Shown in pieces: positions 1 through 11,147 of a DNA stretch of 64,000 bases (positions are counted from its first letter, which is position 1; the number at the start of each line of letters is the position of its first letter). A program made the position numbers and the translations under genes. Source of the stretch: Gammaproteobacteria bacterium. Its GTDB lineage: Bacteria > Pseudomonadota > Gammaproteobacteria > UBA4575. The DNA lies in NCBI GenBank assembly GCA_965207475.1, contig OZ242278.1:551127-615126 (forward strand). Direction: 5' to 3'. Below the pieces are notes generated by a model that saw nothing but the letters and a program-made list of their open reading frames with translations, did not search any database and had not been told where the DNA came from.

Positions 1-264
1 AGCCAGCGCTATTTTGGCCCCCACGCCGTTCACTTTTAACAGATCCCTGAACAGCCCCCTGTCCTGGATGTTCTTGAATGCGTACAGGGTCTGTGCGTCT
101 TCCCGCACAAGCAGGTGAGTATACACGACAACGTTTTCGCCACAGTCCGGCAGCTCATAGAAGGTTGACATCGGGGCTTCCAGTTCATAACCGACACCCT
201 GCACATCAAGCAAAAAATAAGGAGGGTGTTTTTCAATGACGTCTCCCTGCAAGCGCCCGATCAT
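1..264 (-). CDS. ruvA: Holliday junction DNA helicase RuvA, N-terminal part (gene continues beyond window start)
   Basis: Manual minus-strand translation from the ATG at ~264 gives [39 protein letters not shown]...[10 protein letters not shown], the canonical RuvA N-terminus. Its ATG overlaps the ruvC stop (ATGA). It is missing from the ORF track because it is open at the window edge. Confidence 0.85.
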   Translation of the reverse strand, partial: MIGRLQGDVIEKHPPYFLLDVQGVGYELEAPMSTFYELPDCGENVVVYTHLLVREDAQTLYAFKNIQDRGLFRDLLKVNGVGAKIALA

Positions 265-806
265 GCCTGACACCCGGGACTGGATACGCGAGGACCCACA
301 GCCAGCATGGACGAATGGGCGTGGCACAGCGATACAGCCAGCGCATCCGCCTCGTCAGCCTGCAAAACACCCCGCAGGCCCAGCAAGCTCAGCACCATGT
401 GCTGGACCTGCTGCTTGCTCGCCGCACCATTGCCGACCACTGCCTGCTTCACGAATCTGGCACTGTATTCACTCACCGGGACCTGAAACTGTACCGCGGC
501 ACTGATCGCCGCCCCCCTGGCATGGCCGAGTTTCAGCGCAGAGGAAATGTTACGCGAAACGAACACTTCTTCGACAGCCACCTCGTCCGGCCGGTACTGC
601 TCAATGATTTCCGTAAGATTTGTGAAAATCAGGCCCAGTCGCTCTGCAATTCCAGTTTTCTCACCTGGAGCCTTAACACGGATGTTCCGGCTGAAAATGT
701 AGCGACTGTCCCTGCCATCACTTTCAATAATGCCAATTCCCGTGGTTCGCAAACCTGGGTCGATACCAAGTATCCTGGTGGAAGCACATCGTTTCAGTTC
801 CGTCAT
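261..806 (-). CDS. ruvC: crossover junction endodeoxyribonuclease RuvC
   Basis: [17 protein letters not shown]-terminus and [16 protein letters not shown]-terminal motif; ~175 aa; yebC-ruvC-ruvA synteny. Confidence 0.9.
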   Translation of the reverse strand: MTELKRCASTRILGIDPGLRTTGIGIIESDGRDSRYIFSRNIRVKAPGEKTGIAERLGLIFTNLTEIIEQYRPDEVAVEEVFVSRNISSALKLGHARGAAISAAVQFQVPVSEYSARFVKQAVVGNGAASKQQVQHMVLSLLGLRGVLQADEADALAVSLCHAHSSMLAVGPRVSSPGCQA

Positions 807-822
807 GCGAAAGGTTCAGCAG

Positions 823-1563
823 CTAGGCCATTTCAAAGATGGTGTCCGGAATCTCGGCATTTGAATACACATTCTGTACATCATCCAGTGTATCCAGTGT
901 ATCCAGCAGGCGAAGCATGGTTTCGCCATCCTTTTCAGACAATGGGACTGCCGTACTGGCACGCATCGTAATTTCTGCGGAATCCGGCACCAGGCCCCTG
1001 GCTTCCAGCGCCTGTACAACTGCTGGAAACTCATCGGCACCGGTAATCACTTCAAGGCCCCCGTCCTCCATGTCCACGATGTCGTCAGCACCTGCTTCCA
1101 GCACACTCTCCATGACCAAATTTTCATCTGCGCCCGAAGCAAACCGGATCACCCCTGTATTGGAAAACAAGTAAGCGACCGAGCCGGAAGTCCCCAAATT
1201 GCCGTTGAACTTTGCAAACACATGCCTGATCTCGGAAACCGTACGGTTGCGGTTGTCGGTCATGCAGTCGATCAGTACCGCAGCACCGCCGGGGCCATAG
1301 CCCTCGTAACGCACCTCCATGTACCCCTCACCTTCCAGTTCGCCTGTGCCCCGCTTGATGGCGCGCTCAATCGTATCTTTCGGCATGTTGGCAGAGTAAG
1401 CCTTGTCAACTGCCGAGCGCAGACGCGCATTGGAATCAGGGTCGCCCCCGTCACGGGCCGCTACTGTAATCTCTCGGATTAATCGGGTGAATAATTTACC
1501 GCGCTTGGCGTCTTGAGCTTTTTTATGATGCTGGATATTGGCCCATTTACTATGACCAGCCAT
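823..1563 (-). CDS. yebC: YebC/PmpR family DNA-binding transcriptional regulator
   Basis: [32 protein letters not shown] is a canonical YebC/TACO1 N-terminus; 246 aa. Confidence 0.92.
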   Translation of the reverse strand: MAGHSKWANIQHHKKAQDAKRGKLFTRLIREITVAARDGGDPDSNARLRSAVDKAYSANMPKDTIERAIKRGTGELEGEGYMEVRYEGYGPGGAAVLIDCMTDNRNRTVSEIRHVFAKFNGNLGTSGSVAYLFSNTGVIRFASGADENLVMESVLEAGADDIVDMEDGGLEVITGADEFPAVVQALEARGLVPDSAEITMRASTAVPLSEKDGETMLRLLDTLDTLDDVQNVYSNAEIPDTIFEMA

Positions 1564-1611
1564 CGGATCCCCTCTAGTAGATCAATACGGTTAGTTTAGC
1601 ACTTCCCGATT

Positions 1612-2235
1612 TCAAGTGACATTTCCGGTACGTAAAAACTCGTCCACCAGCGCCGCTACAGGCTTTGCAAGCAGCATTCCGGTATGACTGTATGGAATCA
1701 GCCTGTGTACATCACAAAAATCAGTCCTAGTTTCCGACACGGCCACTGTGCCGTCGTTCGGAGTGTCAAGGGATGCCCCCAGAATCTGGCCGATTCCATG
1801 TCCCCGTGTCCCTGCCAATACAGCCAGAGGACGGGTCCCTTTCCATGCCGGGACATTTCCAAGCAAGGAATCAGCGCTCGCGCCCATGAAACTGGCTGTC
1901 AGGAACTTGTGCCTTGACAGATACCGCGCCAATCCGCTGCCGGTCAGCGGGGTACCCAGCATGACGACCCTCCCGGGCCTGACCGAATCGACAGACTGGA
2001 AGTAATGCATCAATACGATGCCTCCAAGGCTGTGCGCAACAAAATGTATGACCTCCACATCCAGCCTTTCAAGGAAATCCCCGAGAAGCCGCGCATTATG
2101 CCCGGGTGTATATCTCAGGCTCCGATAGGAGAACTGCCTGCAACAATGCCCGAGCCTGGCCAGGTAGTGGGCCATGGGCTGCATGCACAATCCATGCATC
2201 CAGATTCCATGAATGCAGACTACAATCTCACGCAT
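1612..2235 (-). CDS. alpha/beta-fold hydrolase (esterase/lipase-like)
   Basis: IHGIWMHG oxyanion region and AHSLGG nucleophile elbow (GxSxG); 207 aa. It sits between yebC and nudB, which are adjacent in E. coli. Confidence 0.6.
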   Translation of the reverse strand: MREIVVCIHGIWMHGLCMQPMAHYLARLGHCCRQFSYRSLRYTPGHNARLLGDFLERLDVEVIHFVAHSLGGIVLMHYFQSVDSVRPGRVVMLGTPLTGSGLARYLSRHKFLTASFMGASADSLLGNVPAWKGTRPLAVLAGTRGHGIGQILGASLDTPNDGTVAVSETRTDFCDVHRLIPYSHTGMLLAKPVAALVDEFLRTGNVT

Positions 2236-2244
2236 CGGCCTGCA

Positions 2245-2676
2245 TCATTCAGGGACCCAGCGCAGTATCGCCGCCTGATTGGTATGTGAGAATGCAAGGT
2301 CGGCAGCATGCAGCCGCGGCAGCCATTGAAACTCCACATGCTCCCTGGGATCCAGCCTGATATCCACTTTCTCCGGAAGCCGCAGCCTGTACACATGTTC
2401 CTGGTTCATGACCACACCCGGGGCATAGCGTTTGCGCCAGATCGAGTAAATCTCAAAACTCTGTACAGAATGGCAATCACGGACCGCCTGATTCACCAGG
2501 CCGGTTTCTTCACGCAGCTCGCGGATGGCTGCATCGATGGGCTCCTCACCCCATTCCAGGCTGCCTGTTACCGACTGCCAAAAGTCGCTCGGGTACTTGC
2601 GCCGCAGCAACAGGACCTCGCTGCACTGCGTGTACACGATCACCAATACTGATTCGGGACGTTTGTGATCTACCAA
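2245..2676 (-). CDS. nudB: dihydroneopterin triphosphate diphosphatase (NUDIX hydrolase NudB)
   Basis: Strong similarity to the E. coli NudB pattern (DFWQSVTGS...RELREETG Nudix box; RKRYAPGV); position adjacent to aspS. Confidence 0.85.
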   Translation of the reverse strand: MVDHKRPESVLVIVYTQCSEVLLLRRKYPSDFWQSVTGSLEWGEEPIDAAIRELREETGLVNQAVRDCHSVQSFEIYSIWRKRYAPGVVMNQEHVYRLRLPEKVDIRLDPREHVEFQWLPRLHAADLAFSHTNQAAILRWVPE

Positions 2677-2816
2677 ACTGCACTACCCGGCATGATTAAA
2701 AAAACATCCAGCCATGGAATATTGTAATGCAAATAGCTGCACGGGTTTGAAGACCCCCGCTAGGGATGTGGATGGATGCAAGCGGGGCAAATCGTCTCCG
2801 CCCCCTTGTCATGGCT

Positions 2817-4616
2817 TCACTCTGAGCCGGGGCGCAATCGAATATGCAGTTCCCTGAGCTGCCGGGTGTCAGCAGGCGAAGGGGCATCCGTCAGCAGGCA
2901 CGTGGCATTCTGGGTTTTTGGAAAGGCCATGACATCGCGGATCGACTGGCTGGCCGTCATCAGCATCACGAGCCGGTCCAGCCCAAAGGCTATGCCCCCG
3001 TGAGGCGGTGTGCCAAAGTCAAGGGCTTGCAGCAGGAACCCGAATTTTTCCTGTGCCTGTTTCGCATCAATTTGCAGTACCTCAAAAATTGCGGCCTGCA
3101 TTTCCTTTTTGTGAACGCGCACCGAACCCCCGCCTACTTCGGTGCCGTTCAGCACCATGTCATAGGCCTTGGAAAGCACTGTACCCGGGCTCTCTGCCAG
3201 CTCTTCCGGAGTTTCGCAGGCAGGTGTCGTAAACGGATGATGCAGCGCGGTCCAGCGTCGGGAATCCGGGTCCCGTTCAAACATTGGAAACTCCACCACC
3301 CACAATGGCCGCCAACCCTGCTCCACGAGGTTCAGGTCATGGCCCAGCCTGACCCTTAATGCGCCCAGTGCGGCATTCACGATCCTCCTGTTATCCGCGC
3401 CGAAAAACAGCAGGTCCCCATTCGCAGCACCGGACAGCTGTACCATCATCCTGATGACGTCTTCCGGGAAATACTTGAGTATCGGCGACTGGAGTCCCGA
3501 CTGGAAATCGTCGACCTCCACACACTTGATGTACGCCAGTCCCCTGGCCCCGAACTGTGCAACAAATTCCGTGTAATCGTCGATCTCCTTGCGGGTCAGT
3601 GCCGCACCCCCGGGCACCCTGAGCATCGCCACACGGCCGGCTTCATCCTTGGCGGGTCCACTGAAAACCTTGAACGAAACCTGCTTCATCAACTCGGTCA
3701 CGTCCACCAGTTCAAGCGGATTGCGCAGGTCAGGCTTGTCGCTGCCATAGCGCAGCAAAGCCTCCGCATAGCTTATTCTTGGAAAAGGTTTCTCCAGGCT
3801 CACATCCATGACCCGCTCGAACAGGTCACAGATCATGTCCTCCATCAGCGACATGATCTGCGCCTCATCCATAAATGACGTCTCAATATCCAGCTGCGTG
3901 AATTCCGGTTGCCGGTCGGCACGCAGGTCTTCATCGCGAAAACAGCGAACCACCTGGTAATAACGGTCAAACCCGCTTGCCATCAGCAACTGCTTGAACA
4001 GCTGCGGTGATTGCGGCAAGGCAAAAAAACTGCCCGCCTGGGTCCGGCTGGGTACAAGGTAATCACGGGCACCCTCAGGGGTTGCACGAGTCAGGAACGG
4101 GGTTTCGATATCCAGAAACCCGTGTGTATCCAGAAAACTTCTCAGGACACGCGTAACGTCGGCCCTGGTCCGGAGACGCCCTTGCATGTCAGGACGCCGC
4201 AGATCGATGTAGCGGTAGCGCAAACGGGTTTCTTCATGAACTTCCTCGTCATCCAGCTGGAACGGAGGCGTTTCAGATTCATTCAGCACTTCAAGCGACC
4301 CCGCTAGGATCTCGACCTCCCCGGTAGGCAAATCAGGGTTGGCTGTCCCGTCAGGACGAACCCTGACATTCCCCTCAACCTGCAGCACGTATTCATTCCG
4401 GATTCTCTCCGCCTGCTCAAAGATGACGGGCGCCTCAGGATCAAACACGACCTGCACAACCCCCTCATGGTCACGCAGGTCCACAAAAATGATGCCCCCA
4501 TGATCACGCCTCCGGTTTACCCAGCCGCACACTGTGACCTTCTTGCCTACAAGTGCCCCGGTAACCTGTCCACAATAATGAGTTCGCATATCCATCCCAC
4601 AGACTACATCCAGCAA
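2817..4616 (-). CDS. aspS: aspartate--tRNA ligase
   Basis: 599 aa; class II aaRS motifs ([32 protein letters not shown]) typical of bacterial AspRS. Confidence 0.97.
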   Translation of the reverse strand: MLDVVCGMDMRTHYCGQVTGALVGKKVTVCGWVNRRRDHGGIIFVDLRDHEGVVQVVFDPEAPVIFEQAERIRNEYVLQVEGNVRVRPDGTANPDLPTGEVEILAGSLEVLNESETPPFQLDDEEVHEETRLRYRYIDLRRPDMQGRLRTRADVTRVLRSFLDTHGFLDIETPFLTRATPEGARDYLVPSRTQAGSFFALPQSPQLFKQLLMASGFDRYYQVVRCFRDEDLRADRQPEFTQLDIETSFMDEAQIMSLMEDMICDLFERVMDVSLEKPFPRISYAEALLRYGSDKPDLRNPLELVDVTELMKQVSFKVFSGPAKDEAGRVAMLRVPGGAALTRKEIDDYTEFVAQFGARGLAYIKCVEVDDFQSGLQSPILKYFPEDVIRMMVQLSGAANGDLLFFGADNRRIVNAALGALRVRLGHDLNLVEQGWRPLWVVEFPMFERDPDSRRWTALHHPFTTPACETPEELAESPGTVLSKAYDMVLNGTEVGGGSVRVHKKEMQAAIFEVLQIDAKQAQEKFGFLLQALDFGTPPHGGIAFGLDRLVMLMTASQSIRDVMAFPKTQNATCLLTDAPSPADTRQLRELHIRLRPGSE

Positions 4617-4749
4617 TGCATCCTTCGTATTCCGGTTACTGGCGAAACGCCGTGCTTCCTCTCCGTCTCAATCCGGCCCGTTCAGAATCCCCATGCAGGC
4701 AGGAGCGGGAGGTGCCATGGAGTCACAACCCGTCAACGCTTTGGGATAC

Positions 4750-5076
4750 TTAGGTGCTCTGCCTGGAATCGGATGACTTGCTGCCGGATTTCGATGGCTG
4801 CTTTGCGCCGTTACTTTTTTCACTCGGCTTGGCCTGTTTGCCTTCACCCGGTTTCTGTGAATCACCTGAAGCCAGATTTCGCTTGTTTTCAGCCTTGAAA
4901 TCTGTCTCATACCAGCCTGAGCCGCTGAGCCTGAACCGGGCAGCCGAAACCAGCTTTCTCAGGGTAGACCGCGAGCATTCAGGACAGACCGTCAGCAGCG
5001 GATCACCTGCTTTCTGAAGAATATCATAGCGATGGCCACAGGCCTCGCATTCATACTCGTAAATGGGCATCGTCAA
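4750..5076 (-). CDS. FmdB-family zinc-ribbon protein (putative regulatory protein)
   Basis: MPIYEYECEACG...CPECS double CxxC zinc ribbon with a low-complexity K/S/G-rich tail. Start probably at the second Met (~5070). This family is commonly encoded next to aspS. Confidence 0.7.
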   Translation of the reverse strand: MTMPIYEYECEACGHRYDILQKAGDPLLTVCPECSRSTLRKLVSAARFRLSGSGWYETDFKAENKRNLASGDSQKPGEGKQAKPSEKSNGAKQPSKSGSKSSDSRQST

Positions 5077-5357
5077 AATACCTGAAAGTCGAAATAATTC
5101 CTTACCGGAAGCGGCTTGCTGGTGACTTCTTCTACCGTGGCATTTTCAGGGCCTGCATGCAACCAGTGCCCGAACCGGTCCAAAGCCTCCGGCTTGCCAC
5201 AGGCTACCACTTCCACATTTCCATTGGACAAGTTTTTTGCATAGCCTGTGATACCGTGCTGCCTAGCGAAATTTCTCGCGGATACCCTGAAAAATACCCC
5301 CTGCACCGTTCCGGACACTGTAAACACGATACATGAATAGTCAGGATTATGGTTCAT
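5073..5357 (-). CDS. acyP: acylphosphatase
   Basis: VSGTVQGVFFRVSARNFARQHGITGYAKNLSNGNVEVVACG matches the acylphosphatase signatures; 94 aa. Confidence 0.85.
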   Translation of the reverse strand: MNHNPDYSCIVFTVSGTVQGVFFRVSARNFARQHGITGYAKNLSNGNVEVVACGKPEALDRFGHWLHAGPENATVEEVTSKPLPVRNYFDFQVF

Positions 5358-5448
5358 CCAGTAGCAATAATCCGATTGGAACTTCCGTCAAACAGAGCGG
5401 TTCAAAACTCACCGCCGGACGTGTAATCATACGGAAATCAACCAAAAA

Positions 5449-5820
5449 TTGCATGGAGAAATACAAGTGGAACATTCAAATCCAGTAATTTACTTCAATC
5501 CCAAATGCTCAAAATGCCGCATGACACTCAAACTGATCCAGGATCGGGGTAAACATCCCGAAACCGTTGAATACCTGAGAGAACCTCCTACTCGCACAGA
5601 ACTCCAGCGCATACTGAAACTGCTCGGCATGACTGCCGAACAGTTATTGCGCAAAAAAGAGCCCGCCTACCGGGAATCCGGCCTGAACGAGTCTTCGGAT
5701 GAAGAGGAGATACTGGACGCGATGATGAAATTCCCCATATTGATTGAACGGCCCATTGTCATTCACAACGACAGGGCAGCAATCGGCCGCCCACCTGAAA
5801 TGGTTCTGGAAATTCTGTAG
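5449..5820 (+). CDS. ArsC-family protein (glutaredoxin-type arsenate reductase-like, YfgD-like)
   Basis: VIYFNPKCSKCR...ERPIV follows the E. coli ArsC/YfgD pattern (IYHNPACGTSR...NRPIV). The true start may be a few codons downstream of 5449. Adjacency to hda is conserved in E. coli (yfgD-hda). Confidence 0.75.
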   Translation: MHGEIQVEHSNPVIYFNPKCSKCRMTLKLIQDRGKHPETVEYLREPPTRTELQRILKLLGMTAEQLLRKKEPAYRESGLNESSDEEEILDAMMKFPILIERPIVIHNDRAAIGRPPEMVLEIL

Positions 5821-5852
5821 TGCACGACAGGCCTGGCCCTGACCTGACCCTG

Positions 5853-6587
5853 TCAATGCTCTTGTTCCAGCACCGATTTTACAAAGGGGATCGTGATTTT
5901 CCGCTGCATGGCCAGGGAATGCTGATCAAGTCGGTCAAGCAGTTCCACGAGGTACACCAGGCCTCTCGGGTAACGCCTGAGCAGGTAAGCGCACACCTCC
6001 TTGGGCACGCTCAGGCCACGAGCCTTTGCGTGCAACTGCAGGGCAGTCCCCTTGTCCTCGTCTGACAAGGGCTGCAGCCTGTACACCATTCCCCACCTTA
6101 GCCTGGAAGCGAGATCCGGCAATGAAACTTCCAGGTCACTTGGCTTGCTGGCCGCCGAAATGACCAGGCTCTTGCCACCCAGCCATGATTCATTGATGAG
6201 CCGAAATAAGGCGTGCTCCCAGTCCCGGTCACTCAACACGCAGTCGACATCATCCATGCAGATCACATCAAGCTGCTGCAAGTCGTTCAGCACTCCCGGA
6301 TCGGAATCAGAGCCGGACAACACTTTCATCGGCAGGTAGACTGCTTTCAGATCACTCGCTGCCAGCCGGTTACAGGTTGCCTGAAGCAGGTGCGACTTGC
6401 CACTCCCGCTGTGCCCCCAGAGAAAATATTGCCTGGGTTCTTCTGCAGCCTGCGCAAGGCCATCGAGTTGCTGTAACAACCCGTTTTCCTTCCGGCATAC
6501 GAAGGTGTCAAACGTCGCATGCTGACGCAACACGATGTCGAGTGGACGCTGTTGCAGAAACAATGAAGAGTCATTCACTGCATGCAA
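5853..6587 (-). CDS. hda: DnaA regulatory inactivator Hda
   Basis: Walker A GHSGSGKSHLLQA; C-terminal QRKITIPFVKSVLEQ matches E. coli Hda (QRKLTIPFVKEILKL); ~240 aa. Confidence 0.9.
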   Translation of the reverse strand: MHAVNDSSLFLQQRPLDIVLRQHATFDTFVCRKENGLLQQLDGLAQAAEEPRQYFLWGHSGSGKSHLLQATCNRLAASDLKAVYLPMKVLSGSDSDPGVLNDLQQLDVICMDDVDCVLSDRDWEHALFRLINESWLGGKSLVISAASKPSDLEVSLPDLASRLRWGMVYRLQPLSDEDKGTALQLHAKARGLSVPKEVCAYLLRRYPRGLVYLVELLDRLDQHSLAMQRKITIPFVKSVLEQEH

Positions 6588-6611
6588 TGTGAACTGGGAC
6601 TGATGAACCTT

Positions 6612-7175
6612 TCAGGCCTGCTTGCCAGGCTGTCTGCTGGCCACCCTTCTGGACCTTTCTTCCATGAGGTACTCCAAACTGCTGGCAGCCGTCGTTAACA
6701 CCGTCAGCGCAATCAATACCTGAATGATAATGACGGGTAATGCATTCAGTTGATCGTACACCACAGTAAGAACCAGTACGATCTGGACAAACGTATTGGA
6801 CTTGCTGATCAGTGTCGGCTGTATCTCAAGGCGGCGTGTCGCGAAATTATAGGCAAGTGCACCGGCCAATATGGCGACATCCCGCAGAATGACGATGAAC
6901 ACCAGCCAGTGCGGCAAGAGGTTCAGGGCACCCAGGGTGACGTAGGCGCTGATCAGCATTGCCTTGTCGGCAGCCGGATCCAGGTAGGCACCCGATACAG
7001 TCTTCCACTCGAAGCACTTTGCCAGATACCCGTCCAGCGCATCCGACAAACCCATCAGGACAAGGAGCAGCAAGGCATTGTAAAACTGTCCATCGAAAAG
7101 CCACAAAACCAGTAGCGGGACTGTGGCAAGACGGAGAGCCGTGATAAGATTCGGAATGTATCTCCAGTTAGACAT
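6612..7175 (-). CDS. CDP-alcohol phosphatidyltransferase family protein
   Basis: Membrane protein with the DALDGYLAR-like motif (SDALDGYLAKCFEWKTVSGAYLDPAADK). The track ORF extends to 7274, but the likely start is MSNWRYIPNLITALR (~7175). Confidence 0.7.
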   Translation of the reverse strand: MSNWRYIPNLITALRLATVPLLVLWLFDGQFYNALLLLVLMGLSDALDGYLAKCFEWKTVSGAYLDPAADKAMLISAYVTLGALNLLPHWLVFIVILRDVAILAGALAYNFATRRLEIQPTLISKSNTFVQIVLVLTVVYDQLNALPVIIIQVLIALTVLTTAASSLEYLMEERSRRVASRQPGKQA

Positions 7176-7363
7176 GATAAGGCTTCCGTCCCTAGAGTAT
7201 ATAATCCAAAGCCGAATTGTAAAATACTTGCTGTTCTGAGCCCAGATAGTATAAGCAAGCAGAATCCGAATCAATCTGCAATTCTGTCAGCATTCCGGAT
7301 AACAGGTTTCAGGAACAAAATTTCAGATACTTTTCGAAAGTTACTTTATATCCACAAACAGGA

Positions 7364-8389
7364 ATGGGGCTCACATACAAAAATGCCGGTGTAGACATTG
7401 ATGCCGGCAACCGGCTCGTAAAACGGATCGAACCCTTGGTGCGCAAAACCTTTCGCTCCGAGGTAATCGATTGCCCGGGCAGCTTTGGTGCCCTCTTTGC
7501 CCTGCAGTCGGATTCCTATGAAAATCCAGTCCTGGTGTCCGGTACGGATGGTGTCGGCACCAAGCTGCGCCTCGCGCAACAACTCGACGATCATTCAACC
7601 ATCGGCATCGACCTGGTTGCCATGTGCGTGAATGACATCATCGTGCAAGGTGCCGAACCCCTCTTTTTTCTTGACTACTTTGCTACCGGAAAACTTTCTG
7701 TTGAGCAGGCAGAGGTCGTGGTGTCGGGCATTGCCAGAGGCTGTATGGATGCGGGCGCGGCACTTGTTGGGGGAGAGACCGCCGAGATGCCAGGCATGTA
7801 TGCACCGGGCGAATACGACCTGGCCGGGTTCTGTGTCGGGGTGGTCGAACGTGACGAGGTGATCGACGGGAAGAGCATAAGCGAAAGAGATGTGCTGATC
7901 GGCCTGGCTTCCAGTGGCACGCACTCAAATGGCTATTCCCTGATCAGCAAAATCATTGACACCGCAGGAAGTTCGCTCGATGAAAAACTCGGGGCGGAAA
8001 CCCTGGGCGATCTCCTGCTTAAGCCTACCGTGATTTATGCGAAAGTGGTCAGACAGCTCGTCAAAACCCTGGATATACATGGCTTGTGCCACATTACAGG
8101 CGGTGGCCTGTTGGAGAACGTACCCCGAATTATCCCGGACAACCTGGTTGCCAGGATAGACACCCGGACATGGAAACGTGCTGAAATATTTGACTGGCTG
8201 CAATCCGCCGGACAGATCAAGGACGAAGAGATGTACAGGGTTTTCAACTGCGGCATAGGCATGCTGGTTGTCCTGCCCGGGGAACATGTGGACGAAGCCA
8301 TCAGGATTTGCCGGCGAGCCGGGCAAACTGCCGAAGTGGTCGGTATGATTACCCGCTCAAACTCGGGCAACAAGATAGAACTGCTGTAA
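7364..8389 (+). CDS. purM: phosphoribosylformylglycinamidine cyclo-ligase (AIR synthetase)
   Basis: [16 protein letters not shown]-terminus; 341 aa; followed by purN. Confidence 0.96.
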   Translation: MGLTYKNAGVDIDAGNRLVKRIEPLVRKTFRSEVIDCPGSFGALFALQSDSYENPVLVSGTDGVGTKLRLAQQLDDHSTIGIDLVAMCVNDIIVQGAEPLFFLDYFATGKLSVEQAEVVVSGIARGCMDAGAALVGGETAEMPGMYAPGEYDLAGFCVGVVERDEVIDGKSISERDVLIGLASSGTHSNGYSLISKIIDTAGSSLDEKLGAETLGDLLLKPTVIYAKVVRQLVKTLDIHGLCHITGGGLLENVPRIIPDNLVARIDTRTWKRAEIFDWLQSAGQIKDEEMYRVFNCGIGMLVVLPGEHVDEAIRICRRAGQTAEVVGMITRSNSGNKIELL

Positions 8390-8393
8390 GACC

Positions 8394-9065
8394 GTGCTGA
8401 TGGACCCTGTATCAATTGCCATCCTGTTCTCCGGAAATGGCACCAATATGCAATCCATTATCCATCACGTTCAGCGGGGACACATCAATGCCCGGATCGC
8501 ATGCGCCCTCAGCAACCAGACCGGGGCCTACGGACTGACTCGAGCCCAAAAAGCCGGAATCCCCACACACATCGTCAGACATGACAGGTATCAAACCCGC
8601 AAGGCGTTTGAAGAGGAACTCATTCGTGTCCTGGAGCGGTACCAGGTCAAGGTGATCGTGCTGGCTGGCTTCATGCGTATACTGAGTGAAGTGTTTGTAG
8701 ACCATTTCAGACACAGGATACTGAACATACACCCTTCGCTGCTTCCGAAGTATCCGGGCTTGCACACCCACCGGCGAGTGCTGGATGCAAAGGAATCGAA
8801 GCATGGGTGCAGCGTGCACTTTGTCACGGAAGGCCTTGATGAAGGGCCTGTCGTGATCCAGGCTGAAGTTCCGGTGCTTGTCGCGGATGAAATAGAGAGC
8901 CTGACACGCAGGGTGCTGGAAAAAGAGCATCTGGTATTGCCTCTGGCCATGAAATGGCTCTGCCAAGGCAAGCTGTACTGTAATGATGGCACCGTTTATT
9001 TTGACGGTGCTGCACTCAAGACACCGATACAGCTGTCTGAATCCCATTGCAGGGAGCTGGAGTGA
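8394..9065 (+). CDS. purN: phosphoribosylglycinamide formyltransferase
   Basis: IAILFSGNGTNMQ N-terminus and NIHPSLLPKYPGLHTH formyltransferase motif; 223 aa. Confidence 0.95.
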   Translation: MLMDPVSIAILFSGNGTNMQSIIHHVQRGHINARIACALSNQTGAYGLTRAQKAGIPTHIVRHDRYQTRKAFEEELIRVLERYQVKVIVLAGFMRILSEVFVDHFRHRILNIHPSLLPKYPGLHTHRRVLDAKESKHGCSVHFVTEGLDEGPVVIQAEVPVLVADEIESLTRRVLEKEHLVLPLAMKWLCQGKLYCNDGTVYFDGAALKTPIQLSESHCRELE

Positions 9066-9796
9066 AAAAAACCACGGCAATAGCCCTCCTCTATTTCCTG
9101 CTTGCCGCACCTGGATGGGCTTGCTTTGAGGCACCGCTCAGGGCGCAGGACCTTCCTCCTGAATTCGAGGCCGTATACGAAGTCCGCAAAGCCAGTCTTG
9201 GCGCCGAGATGCGACTGAGCTTCAGGAAAGGAGATAACAGGCTTGTATACGAGTCCAGGATTTCTCCCGTCGGGATCGCAGCGCTCATTGTCGGTAACCA
9301 AGAGGCCTTATACCGTGCAGTTTTCGAGAAGACCGGGGATCGCTATCTTCCTGTCGAGTTCCGGCATGAAGTGACTGGGGAAAACACGAAACTGAACGAA
9401 CACTATGCATTCGACTGGAACGAGCATACTGCACAGGTCCGGTACAAGGACAAAACCGGCATCCTGGAGATACCACCGCACACGTTTGACACTTTTTCAA
9501 TGCAACTCTTCATGATGAGAAAGCCGGCCGCCGGAAACAGTGACCGCACCTGCTCCATCATTTCAAGAGGCCGGCTGGCAAACCTGGAATACGGGCTGGA
9601 GCCCGACCTTCGCATCAAGACAAAGTTAGGCAGCCTTGCTGTAAACAAGGTTGTGCGAAAGAAATCAGGTGGCAAAAATACCACTTACACGGAATGGTAT
9701 GCCGAATCCCTGCATTACATACCGGTCAGATCAGAAAAATCAAGGGATGGCAAGACCGAGTTTTCCGCACATATCACGGAACTGCGCTGGCTGTAG
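9062..9796 (+). CDS. DUF3108 domain-containing secreted protein
   Basis: Signal peptide (KKTTAIALLYFLLAAPGWA). Conserved position downstream of purN as in Pseudomonas. Probable GTG start at 9062 overlapping the purN stop (the track ORF begins at 9047). Confidence 0.65.
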   Translation: MKKTTAIALLYFLLAAPGWACFEAPLRAQDLPPEFEAVYEVRKASLGAEMRLSFRKGDNRLVYESRISPVGIAALIVGNQEALYRAVFEKTGDRYLPVEFRHEVTGENTKLNEHYAFDWNEHTAQVRYKDKTGILEIPPHTFDTFSMQLFMMRKPAAGNSDRTCSIISRGRLANLEYGLEPDLRIKTKLGSLAVNKVVRKKSGGKNTTYTEWYAESLHYIPVRSEKSRDGKTEFSAHITELRWL

Positions 9797-9809
9797 AGAT
9801 GCTGCCCGG

Positions 9810-11147
9810 CTACACGCCGGCAATCGTCATATCGTCCACCTGCAACGAGGGGGTAACGACGGTTCCACGACAATCAACATCGTTTCCTATTGCCGTGATT
9901 TTCCGAAACATGCTTTTCAGGTTTCCGGCAATCGTGATTTCCTGAACCGGATACTGGACCTCGCCATCCTCAATCCAGTAGCCCACAGCTCCCCGCGAGT
10001 AGTCACCTGTTACCGTGTTCACACCATGGCCTATGAGTTCGGTCACCAGTAATCCGCGTTGCATGCTGCTGATCATTTCATCCAGGGTCTGCTGGCCGGG
10101 GTGCAGCATCAGGTTGTGGATTCCCCCTGCATTGCCTGTCGATTTCATCCCCAGTTTGCGTGCTGAATAACTGTTCAACACATACCCGTTCAGCACCCCG
10201 TCTGATACGAGAGTACGCGGTTGTGTCGCGACCCCTTCCATATCGAATGAGCTGCTGCCCAGTCCTGCCGGAATATGCGGGTCCTCGGTAATGGTTACCC
10301 GATCAGAAAAAACCTCTTTACCCAGCCTGTCCAGCAAGAATGACGCCTGCCGGTATAAAGCGCTTCCGGATATTGCCGATACGAAATGGTACAGCAGCGA
10401 CCGCGCCAGGCCGGCTTCAAATATCACGGGTGAAGTCTGGGTCACCATCTTTCTGGCACCAAGCCTCCTGATGGCACGCTGTGCCGCCTGCCTCCCAACC
10501 TCTTCAGCCGACTGCAGCCCAGTCGGGTTGCGGGACGTGGTAAACCAGTAGTCTCTCTGCATGGTACCTCCCTGCCCGGCGATGACGGAACACGATAGGC
10601 TGTGCCGGGTCGAGGTATAGCCGCCGACGAAGCCATGGGTATTTCCATACACGTGTGTTCCGCGACCGGTACTGACACTGGCCCCTTCCGAGTTTGAAAT
10701 TTCCTTGAATTCGCGTGCCCGGTTCTCGCACTCAACGGCCACTTCCACAGCCTCTTCAGGCGTAAGGTCCCACATGCAGTCAAGTCCCAGATCCGGTATT
10801 TCCGTAGCCATCCGGTCCGCGTCCGCCAGGCCGGCACACGCATCCTGTTCCGTAAACCCTGCAATGTTGTGGGCGGCAGTCACAGCATCCCGGATTGCAG
10901 CCGGTTCAAAATCAGTCGTACTTGATGAGCCCTTCCTGTCACCTGCATAAACCGTCACGCCGAGTCTGCGTCCATTATGGTGTTCCAGTGTCTCCACCTC
11001 GCCCAGACGGGCCGTGACCGACAGGCCATGCTCTACATCGACGGATGCCTCAGCAGACGTGGCACCCAGTTTCCTGGCCTCATCGATACAAAACTGAACC
11101 AGTCCCTCGAGCCGGTCCACAGCACTGGATGTATGCGACAGCTCCAT
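9810..11147 (-). CDS. pmbA: metalloprotease PmbA (TldE)
   Basis: 445 aa, TldD/PmbA family without the HExxxH motif; start overlaps the tldD stop by 1 nt. Confidence 0.88.
   Translation of the reverse strand: MELSHTSSAVDRLEGLVQFCIDEARKLGATSAEASVDVEHGLSVTARLGEVETLEHHNGRRLGVTVYAGDRKGSSSTTDFEPAAIRDAVTAAHNIAGFTEQDACAGLADADRMATEIPDLGLDCMWDLTPEEAVEVAVECENRAREFKEISNSEGASVSTGRGTHVYGNTHGFVGGYTSTRHSLSCSVIAGQGGTMQRDYWFTTSRNPTGLQSAEEVGRQAAQRAIRRLGARKMVTQTSPVIFEAGLARSLLYHFVSAISGSALYRQASFLLDRLGKEVFSDRVTITEDPHIPAGLGSSSFDMEGVATQPRTLVSDGVLNGYVLNSYSARKLGMKSTGNAGGIHNLMLHPGQQTLDEMISSMQRGLLVTELIGHGVNTVTGDYSRGAVGYWIEDGEVQYPVQEITIAGNLKSMFRKITAIGNDVDCRGTVVTPSLQVDDMTIAGV

Noticed and set aside
36-236. 66-aa minus-strand ORF at the window start
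   Set aside because: It lies in a different frame inside the N-terminal coding region of ruvA, whose frame gives a canonical RuvA sequence.
5853-6587. hda plus arsC-like gene as an unusual pairing
   Set aside because: The same adjacency (hda-yfgD) exists in E. coli, so this is ordinary conserved synteny. The same holds for the fmdB-like zinc ribbon next to aspS.
7275-7363. PurR box upstream of purM
   Set aside because: No ACGCAAACGTTTGCGT-like palindrome is present; PurR is largely enteric-specific anyway.
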